From: a bacterium
Lineage (GTDB): Bacteria; Zhuqueibacterota; Zhuqueibacteria; Oceanimicrobiales; Oceanimicrobiaceae
DNA: 19,030 nucleotides
Assembly: GCA_046757525.1 (NCBI GenBank)
Contig: JBHHYI010000079.1
Location: forward strand, 1-19,030
Reading direction: 5' to 3'
Shown: positions 10,001-15,985 of the stretch, one piece after another
Layout of the letters: every line of letters starts with the position of its first letter
Position numbering within the stretch: position 1 is the stretch's first letter
The notes under the pieces: generated by a model
What the model was told of the DNA's origin: nothing
Databases searched by the model: none
Seen by the model: the letters and a program-made list of their open reading frames with translations, nothing else
Position numbers and translations under genes: made by a program

Positions 10001-10121
10001 AACTACTGTTAAGCATTTCGATCACGGCAATCCTGCTGGAAACGGAACTGCCAGAGATTTGAATCCGGAGCAGTTCTTTGCTCCGCGTCAAATCCTTTTA
10101 GGATTTGGATTGCGGTTCTAA
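7098..10121 (+). CDS. TonB-dependent receptor (carboxypeptidase-regulatory-like N-domain, plug, beta-barrel)
   Basis: 1007 aa with signal peptide AFA|GTTGKVAGRITDAETGEPLPGVNV. Plug motifs are IHVRGGRSGEVVYMIDG and GGYNAEYGN. Barrel motifs include SPRLGISHPI, GNPDLKAEETTSYEVG and VFNLFNRRN. It ends with the outer-membrane signature PRQILLGFGLRF. Confidence 0.95.
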   Translation: MKNLKSLTPVVLTLLFVVGWVFCLQGNAFAGTTGKVAGRITDAETGEPLPGVNVIIHGSTLGAATDLNGYYTILRVPPGRYSVEASMVGYKKLTKTDVIVNANLTASVDFQLAITVVAGETVVVKAERPMVIRDLTSSSTRVQAAEIEDIPGVNSVTDAITLMPGVIGDGEDIHVRGGRSGEVVYMIDGVAVNDALFNNEVINVNKYAIEEVELQTGGYNAEYGNIQSGVVNIVPRTGGQKYSGRIAYFTDDFGSGDFPADILSSLSPNERVALDPRKTFKPRGTGLRANSFNTDRWEFNLGGPEPLTNAILPALGLKSLKNKVTFFLSATAEMSDGYLPNENQDADPTHFDETFQKAQDIQEPGEAPVTTFSNPRKVGHPFKSDFLGLFDFGGRFSNNLTLSATVNYNPGANYKASVSFVGSKFWQDDYRHTYKFQPTHTQQFEGDNTSTVFNWVHNLSSKTFYQFKFGYLRNTRVQYPGIRNGIRLTPVFMNNRIEGLAGVDPDLLGDGDGDDEFFNDAFFAEHPEYEPFRDQLSGFFRTGYNGDSTWSTHKTQTYTVKLDALSQVNRFNEVKGGFEWKFNNLKQQRIDFGGNKAPQRRIDPPDDGPFITSGALRDFYDREPNTASAYLQDKIEFQSLVVNVGLRFDLFDPGSEVFETPSALLAEGEENQVVNDKTYLSPRLGISHPITDRSTLYFFYGRFVQIPTLSELYRRQNRFRIFQNQLNTFGNPDLKAEETTSYEVGFDHQLTDVWKIGVTGFFKTKDNQINLVTRGPEAAPFRELENTDFGTDRGFEIELIKQFSHYFAANINYTILWANTRSSSFDRGIGAQGVAAFPNLKEVPADWDQRHTVNANLTFEIPAGQGFRFLGTTVDRMGLNVFIRYGSGLPFTVDENADPTATENAERLPYFLTVDFRFRKDFRLVSNLLASFYVDVFNLFNRRNVSFLVADEQHSCIDCTLTDPVTGETTVKHFDHGNPAGNGTARDLNPEQFFAPRQILLGFGLRF

Positions 10122-10177
10122 GTAATTCTAATTCATGCAATCGAACAGATAATAATATCTTTAGGAGGACTATTCCC

Positions 10178-12388
10178 ATGAAAGTGAGCTTAACGCTGCG
10201 GCGATTGGGATTTCTTGTCACTTTATTTCTCATCATGTGTGGAAATCTATTCGCGCAATTTGAAGACCGGTTCATCGATTCGAAAGTTCATAGGAACGGG
10301 AAGCTTTGGGTGGGGGTAACCAACTTTGGCCAATTCGGAACCGACGCCGGGCGCGGCGCGGTCTGGCCCGGCACCGATCAGGCCTTGAAAGAAGCCCAGT
10401 TCATCAACCGCGGTGGTATGTTTCTCGGCGGCATCGTTCCTTCCAACGAAATGACCGGTCCCGATTTGAACGCTCCCGGGGATTTGGATACCCTGGTTGC
10501 CGAAGGTCCGTCAGCCTGGAGCGTGGTTGACTTCCGCGAAATGTTCGCCCATTATCCGGATGAACGGTCTGCCATCAAAGTGCGCTCCACCTTGCGAAAT
10601 AGCCCCTTCTTTAGCCCCAATGCGGTTTCGGAAGAGGATTTCATTTCCGTATATACGGATACTTTCTTGAGTGTTAAGGGTTTTCAATTTGCACCACCAA
10701 AACATCAACGCGCCCTTGGAATCGAGGTTGAAGAGAAGAGCTACCAATTCAGCCTTTCTTTTGCCGAAGATATCGTCTTTTTTGACCTGGTGATTCGCAA
10801 TATTGGCAAAAACTACATCCGCAATTTTTACGCCGGTTTTTTTGCTGACAATGACATGGGTTGTATCGGCACAGCCGACTTCAGCCAGCAGGATGACGCC
10901 AGCGGCTTCATGGCAGTGAATTCTACCGGTGACACCGTAAACACGGCCTGGGTGGTTGAGCCCGATGGCGATAACGGCTGTATGGCCGGGGTAATCGGAG
11001 TGCGGGTGCTGCGACCCACAGAAAGGGAAGGCCAGGTGTCTTTTAACTGGTGGATGAGCGACACCGAAATCAGCTCCAAAGACGATTGGGGCCCGGTGAC
11101 AGCCAACGTCCGCACCGGCGACCCCAATAACCGCGACCCCATCGGCAGCCCTGAAACCGATCCGGAAAAGTACGTTTTGTTGAGCAATGGTTCCTTTGAC
11201 GAACCGCAGTTCAACCCGGAGACTTTAGAGTTTGATGCTAATATTCCTGGAGGGGCTACTCCTAACGATAATTCCAGATTCTTGATTTCCTTTGGTCCGT
11301 TAGGCAGCAGGGATTCTACCATTACCGATCCCAGCGATCCCATGTTTGGCCAGACCGTCAAAATCTTTGCGCCTGGAGATTCCATTTTGTTTACCTACGC
11401 GGTCATCGGCGGCGAAGGCGACCCCGCGGTAGCCCAGGCGCTGGGAACTTTTGATCCGGCCGCATTTGATGATTTGGGACAAAATGCCAAAATAGCTGGC
11501 ATCATGTTCGACAATCCCGGTTTCGACACCGATGGTGACGGCTTTGCTGGCGACGACATCGACGGCGACGGCATCATCGATACCGGTGACGGTGTGCCCG
11601 ATTTCCGCGGACCGCCACCGCCACCCGCGCCGCCTCTCACGGTCATCCCCGGCGACCGCACCGTCACGCTGGATTGGTCCGCAGCCGATCCCAACAGCCC
11701 AGGCTACGACCCGGAAGACATGACCTTGCCCTTGAATTTTGAGGATCCTTTTATTTCGGATAATCCGGACACTCCGGAAAATGAGAGCAAGGATTTTGAG
11801 GGCTTTCGCGTTTTGCGCAGCACGACGGGTAATTTGGGCACATTTGAAACCTTGGCGGAATTCGACTTGGCAGGCAACGATTTTGGCCGAAATACAGGCC
11901 TGGAGTTCAAGTATGTGGACCACGTTCCCAACGGCGAGGAATTTGTTTATGCTGTGGTTTCTTTCGATCGTGGCGCGCCTTCCCTGGGTATTGAAACCCT
12001 GGCCACAAGCCCGCTTATCAACGGCACCAAAGTGGCCGCTTCGCCGACGCCCAGCGCCAGCTTTTTCAAAGACAAAAGGGTGTGGGTGGAGCCAAATCCT
12101 TACATTCAAAGGTCAGGATTCGAGGATTTCACTCTTACAAACAGTGTCATTATCGACAATTTTCGCGAGCTACATTTTGTCAATTTACCTTCGAAGTGCA
12201 CCATTAAGATTTTTACCGTTGATGGCGATCTGGTTCAGACCGTTGTGCATGACGATCCCAATTCTTCGCGAGAAAAGTGGAATCTACTGTCGCGAACCAG
12301 CCGCCCCATCGCCAGCGGCATCTACATATTCTCGGTTGAGACCGATAGCGGGGACCGGCAGATTGGCAGATTTGTCGTGATTAAGTAA
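10178..12388 (+). CDS. Secreted acidic protein with Ca-binding DxDGDG motifs, FN3-like domain and T9SS type A / FlgD-Ig-like C-terminal sorting domain
   Basis: 736 aa with an AGGAGG RBS and signal peptide NLFA|Q. It contains DTDGDGFAGDDIDGDGIIDTGDGVPD, a PPPPPAPP linker and an FN3-like segment VIPGDRTVTLDW...FEGFRVLRS...YAVVSFD. The CTD-like tail is VEPNPY...FVNLPSKCTIKIFTVDGDLV...WNLL...IASGIYIFSV...GRFVVIK. Confidence 0.8.
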   Translation: MKVSLTLRRLGFLVTLFLIMCGNLFAQFEDRFIDSKVHRNGKLWVGVTNFGQFGTDAGRGAVWPGTDQALKEAQFINRGGMFLGGIVPSNEMTGPDLNAPGDLDTLVAEGPSAWSVVDFREMFAHYPDERSAIKVRSTLRNSPFFSPNAVSEEDFISVYTDTFLSVKGFQFAPPKHQRALGIEVEEKSYQFSLSFAEDIVFFDLVIRNIGKNYIRNFYAGFFADNDMGCIGTADFSQQDDASGFMAVNSTGDTVNTAWVVEPDGDNGCMAGVIGVRVLRPTEREGQVSFNWWMSDTEISSKDDWGPVTANVRTGDPNNRDPIGSPETDPEKYVLLSNGSFDEPQFNPETLEFDANIPGGATPNDNSRFLISFGPLGSRDSTITDPSDPMFGQTVKIFAPGDSILFTYAVIGGEGDPAVAQALGTFDPAAFDDLGQNAKIAGIMFDNPGFDTDGDGFAGDDIDGDGIIDTGDGVPDFRGPPPPPAPPLTVIPGDRTVTLDWSAADPNSPGYDPEDMTLPLNFEDPFISDNPDTPENESKDFEGFRVLRSTTGNLGTFETLAEFDLAGNDFGRNTGLEFKYVDHVPNGEEFVYAVVSFDRGAPSLGIETLATSPLINGTKVAASPTPSASFFKDKRVWVEPNPYIQRSGFEDFTLTNSVIIDNFRELHFVNLPSKCTIKIFTVDGDLVQTVVHDDPNSSREKWNLLSRTSRPIASGIYIFSVETDSGDRQIGRFVVIK

Positions 12389-12440
12389 GAGCCATTATTC
12401 AATAGACATTACTCGAGACAGAATGAAGGAGGAATTCTCC

Positions 12441-13484
12441 ATGAAAAAGAAGATTTTAGGCAGGACGACCATTGTGGGTTTGTTTTTGCTCGCTCTCACG
12501 GTTCCAGCAGAATTATTAGCTCAGCGAAGTCCGCAGGAGGGATTTTTGGGAGGGAGTTCCAAGGTCGGTACAGCAGCCGCTCAGTTTTTGCAAATTGGTG
12601 TCAGTGCGCGTGCCACGGCTATGGGGGGATCATTCGTTGCTCTGGTAAACGATGCCAGTGCCGCCTATTACAATCCCGGGGCATTGGCCATTATCGAAAA
12701 GCGCCAGGCCATGTTTAATCATACCACCTTGCCGGCCGGACTGCGTCATTTTTTTGCCAGCTATGTGCAACCGGTTTCCAGAATAGGCACGTTTGCACTC
12801 AGTTTTATCATTCTGACGACTGGCGATATTCCGGTGACCGTCGCCTTTGAAGGCCCTACCGGTGAAACCTTTAGTGCCAGCGAATCGGCTATTGGCATCA
12901 GCTATGCCAAAAGGCTCACCGATAAGTTTTCGGTGGGTGGCACAGCCAAGCTGATCGCTGAGGATTTGGCAGGCTTTACCGATCGCGTGGTCGCCTTTGA
13001 TTTGGGCACGCTTTACCATACCGGTTTCCGGCAGTTGACTCTGGGTATGGCTGTTTCCAATTTTGGTCCGGACATCGATTTTGGCACCGAAAAGGATGCT
13101 GCTGGCAACGTTGTTTTCGATGGCGAATCCGCCCAATTGCCCATCACGTTCCGGTTTGGCATTTCAGTGGACGTGTTGAATAGAAGGAACTCCAAAGTTA
13201 TGGTTGCCGGCCAGTTGGTGCAGCCAAACGATAATTTGCGCTATGAAACAATCGGAATCGAATACAGTTACTTTGACACGATTTTCCTGCGGGGGGGATT
13301 CAAAGTTGACGAGGAGAATGACGAGGATGTGATAGGCAATAGCACCGGGTTCTCGGAGAATTTTTCAGCCGGCGCCGGGGTCAAAGCCTCTTTCAAGCAA
13401 TTTACCGGCAATTTTGATTTTTCCTGGGTGCACCAGCAGTCGTTGAACAATTTGTTGCGGTTCTCCGTGTTGCTGAGCTTCTAA
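12441..13484 (+). CDS. PorV/PorQ (UPF0164; FadL-like) family outer-membrane beta-barrel
   Basis: The family signature is GTAAAQFLQIGVSARATAMGG...DASAAYYNPGALA, followed by amphipathic strands and a terminal Phe. The start was moved to ATG 12441, which follows an AAGGAGG RBS (the track start is 12423). Confidence 0.88.
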   Translation: MKKKILGRTTIVGLFLLALTVPAELLAQRSPQEGFLGGSSKVGTAAAQFLQIGVSARATAMGGSFVALVNDASAAYYNPGALAIIEKRQAMFNHTTLPAGLRHFFASYVQPVSRIGTFALSFIILTTGDIPVTVAFEGPTGETFSASESAIGISYAKRLTDKFSVGGTAKLIAEDLAGFTDRVVAFDLGTLYHTGFRQLTLGMAVSNFGPDIDFGTEKDAAGNVVFDGESAQLPITFRFGISVDVLNRRNSKVMVAGQLVQPNDNLRYETIGIEYSYFDTIFLRGGFKVDEENDEDVIGNSTGFSENFSAGAGVKASFKQFTGNFDFSWVHQQSLNNLLRFSVLLSF

Positions 13485-13724
13485 GAAACGCTCCTTGAGT
13501 TGGAGTGCAAAATCAGCGTAGCGTATTTTGCAACGGAACGCTCCTGTAAAAAAATACGTCCTGCGGAGTGATTTTTACACTCCACCCACGTTTCTTACGA
13601 ATAAAACGACCCAACTGGTCGTTGGTGCTTCCAAGAAACGCTTCGGTCGTTTCTTTCGTGTAAAAGCACACAAAGCGTGCACAGAGCTTTTAGCAGGCGG
13701 CACCAGAACATCATTGCCGCAGGA
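13482..13724. other. Highly structured intergenic element (candidate ncRNA, cis-regulatory RNA or palindromic repeat element)
   Basis: Several nested stems are visible: TCCTGCGG/CCGCAGGA (13559-13566/13717-13724), TGGTGC/GCACCA (13623-13628/13700-13705), AAGAAACG-cTTCGgt-CGTTTCTT (13633-13655), AACGACC/GGTCGTT (13605-13623), TAAAAGC/GCTTTTA (13661-13692) and TGCAAAAT/ATTTTGCA (13506-13532). Confidence 0.5.
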
Positions 13725-13747
13725 GATTTCTTTCTCTTCATCTCGAC

Positions 13748-13780
13748 AAATACCCATAAGCATTCTTATGGGTATTTTTT
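13748..13780 (+). terminator. Intrinsic terminator
   Basis: AAATACCCATAAG-CATT-CTTATGGGTATTT is a perfect 13-bp stem running into a T6 tract (13775-13780). Confidence 0.75.
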
Positions 13781-13817
13781 ACTGTTGGTTGTCTAATTCA
13801 CACCTGGGAGCAGTCTT

Positions 13818-15131
13818 ATGAAACCCAAGTTGGCGATTTCTGTCGTCCTGTTTGTTAGCTGGGTTGCCTTAAATTGTAGCAGCAATTCAACCGAAAATAC
13901 CGCACAGCCTCCTGGCGCAGATCTGGTCATGCTCGAGGCAGACAATCCCAAGATTACAGACATCGTTGAGCAAGTCGATCTGGATTCTCTCAAATCCACC
14001 ATTGCCACCCTGGTAGGATTCTTTACGCGGCACACCAATTCCGATACCCTTTCCGAAACTGAGGGCATCGGGGCCGCGCGGCGCTGGGTGTTTAACAAAT
14101 TTCAAAATATCAGTCAGGAAAACGGGGGCAGACTGAAAGTGTCGTTTCATACCTTTGAAGCGACGATTCGAGGCGTCACTGGACGGCACCGGAATGTGGT
14201 GGCAGAGCTTCCCGGGACCGTGACACCTGAAAAAAAATATCTCGTAAGTGGGCATTTGGATTCGCGAAATCGCGACCTGGACGATGCCGTTAATTTTGCT
14301 CCTGGTGCCAACGATGACGGCAGCGGTGTGGCAGCGGTCCTGGAGTTGGCCAGAATATTCAGTCAATTTGAATTTGAGTCGACAGTGATTTTCGTCGCCT
14401 TTACCGGTGAGGAAGAGGGCTTGTTTGGCAGCCGGGCTTTGGCGCGCGCGCTGCGACAAGAGAATGTTGACATCGCGGGCATGGTCACCAACGACATCAT
14501 TGGAAATATCGTGGGGGGCAGCGGCAAGGTTGACAGCCTCAGTGTGCGCTGCTTTTCCGATGAGCCGACAGATTCTCCCAGCCGACAATTGGCGCGTTAC
14601 ATTAAAGCCCAGGGTGAGGCCTATTTGCCTGGCTTTACGGTCAACTTGATTCCCAATCGAGACCGGCCCGGGAGAGGGGGCGATCATTTCGGTTTCAACG
14701 AGCAAGGCTACCCCGCAGCCCGTCTGACTGAACCCGAAGACAATTTGCAGCATCAGCACAACATGGACGACCTGCCCGAATTCATGGCTTTCTCCTACTT
14801 TACCAGGGTGGTCAAGGTCAATGCGGCTTACTTAGCAAGCCTGGCAGACGCTCCCAAAATTCCGCTGAACGTGCAGGTTTCGGTCCTTGCAGATGGGCAG
14901 CGTAAAATCACCTGGGACCAGCCTCAACCGGAGAAAGTGGTGGACTACTTAGTTGCTTTTCGCTCACCAGGCGCGGTGAACTATGAAGGCTTGATCTCTG
15001 CAGGGAATGTCAACGAGTTTTTGCTGGACTCCAACCGGGTTTCCTCGTTCCCAATTTACGTTAGCATCTCTGCTGTGGATCGTGCGGCTAACGAAAGCGT
15101 GTTCTCAAAAGAAGTATTGATTGAACCCTGA
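13818..15131 (+). CDS. M28 family metallopeptidase (aminopeptidase-like) lipoprotein with C-terminal FN3-like domain
   Basis: 437 aa with a GGGAG RBS and lipobox VALN|C. Zinc-binding motifs are SGHLDS, GANDDGSG, FTGEEEGLFGS, NDIIG, GDH and HQH. The FN3-like tail is PLNVQV...ITW...ISAVDRAANES. Confidence 0.93.
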   Translation: MKPKLAISVVLFVSWVALNCSSNSTENTAQPPGADLVMLEADNPKITDIVEQVDLDSLKSTIATLVGFFTRHTNSDTLSETEGIGAARRWVFNKFQNISQENGGRLKVSFHTFEATIRGVTGRHRNVVAELPGTVTPEKKYLVSGHLDSRNRDLDDAVNFAPGANDDGSGVAAVLELARIFSQFEFESTVIFVAFTGEEEGLFGSRALARALRQENVDIAGMVTNDIIGNIVGGSGKVDSLSVRCFSDEPTDSPSRQLARYIKAQGEAYLPGFTVNLIPNRDRPGRGGDHFGFNEQGYPAARLTEPEDNLQHQHNMDDLPEFMAFSYFTRVVKVNAAYLASLADAPKIPLNVQVSVLADGQRKITWDQPQPEKVVDYLVAFRSPGAVNYEGLISAGNVNEFLLDSNRVSSFPIYVSISAVDRAANESVFSKEVLIEP

Positions 15132-15194
15132 GAGAATTTCCTTCCTCAACGGCCCCCAATCTCCCCTCAAACCTGGGAACGCCTCTGATTCCTG

Positions 15195-15345
15195 TGCAAA
15201 AATGTCCAAGGAGTTTCCATTCTGGCCCACCCGTTTGAAAAAATGACAAGGCGGGCTGTCAGATGGACAAGATTTAAGGCAAAGAACGTAATTGCCGTAA
15301 CATTTTAATTATTAGTAAAATAAGGTCCTCACAGGTTTTGGCACA
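15195..15345 (+). promoter_or_regulatory. Partial sigma54-type promoter: phased enhancer-like sites, IHF-like site, and -24 box TTGGCAC with no -12 box
   Basis: Four 13-mers resembling TGnCAnnnTGnCA start at 15195, 15215, 15236 and 15257. TAACATTTTAATT (15298-15310) resembles an IHF site. TTGGCAC lies at 15338-15344, but no TTGC occurs at the -12 position. Confidence 0.55.
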
Positions 15346-15705
15346 GAGCCCCGTGAGGCTTCGTTGTTCAAAGGGACGTGGAGTCCAGCAGTGGATATTG
15401 CAGAAGATAACGACAATTTTTACCTTAGCGTTGAATTGCCCGGAATTCCCCGTGAAGATGTAAAACTAAAATATGAAGAGGGTTTGCTGACGATTACCGG
15501 TGAGAAGAAGGGCGAGAAAGAGGAGAAGGATATGAATTACCACCGTGTTGAACGGAGCTATGGCAAATTCGAACGCAGCTTCCGCGTCCCCAGCCGTATC
15601 GTTAGCGACAAAATCGATGCGAATTTTGCCAACGGCGTACTCACTGTCACGTTGCCAAAACCTGAGGAAGTCAAACCCAAAGAAATCGAAGTTAAAATCA
15701 AGTAA
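15337..15705 (+). pseudogene. Hsp20/alpha-crystallin small heat-shock protein, apparently 5'-truncated
   Basis: The alpha-crystallin domain is clear (WSPAVDIAE...VELPG...LTITGEK...ERSYGKFERSF...ANFANGVLTVTLPK) and ends in an IEV motif. There is no ATG or RBS between the in-frame TAA at 15316-15318 and the domain, only TTG at 15364. The family call is highly confident; pseudogene status is less so. Confidence 0.7.
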
Positions 15706-15741
15706 ATCTCAGGGAACCATCAAGAGGTCACAAAACCGCAG

Positions 15742-15769
15742 ACGGGGCACTGACAGTGCCCCGTTTTTT
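15742..15769 (+). terminator. Intrinsic terminator after hsp20
   Basis: ACGGGGCACT-GAC-AGTGCCCCGT followed by TTTTT. Confidence 0.85.
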
Positions 15770-15985
15770 GTGTTGGTCAGATCATGAGACGGTGACCTTG
15801 GCTTTCGGTCAATCAGCGGGAAGTGTGGCCACGAGAACCGTGGCGCAGGTGTCAGGTTGTTTCTTGGCATCTTCCTGGTTCTTTCGCCAAACGCCGCAAA
15901 AACCGTCTCCCTCTTCAAACCACGGTCTTAGGACCAGCGTTTGTTGCAATCAGGTAGCAAGTAGCTGTTTGGAAAAGTGTCACCC

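Noticed and set aside
13482..13780. Known riboswitch, T-box, tRNA, 6S RNA or group II intron identity for the structured element
   Set aside because: I could not find the conserved cores of any of these by eye, so the element is left unassigned.
13528..13821. 97-aa (+) and 62-aa (-) ORFs in the PorV-M28 gap
   Set aside because: They have weak starts and no domain similarity. The region is better explained by RNA/DNA secondary structure and a terminator.
10828..14759. Antisense or overlapping ORFs 10828-11385, 11300-12109, 11739-12380, 12630-13136 and 13887-14759
   Set aside because: Each lies entirely within a well-supported gene and has no independent motif support.
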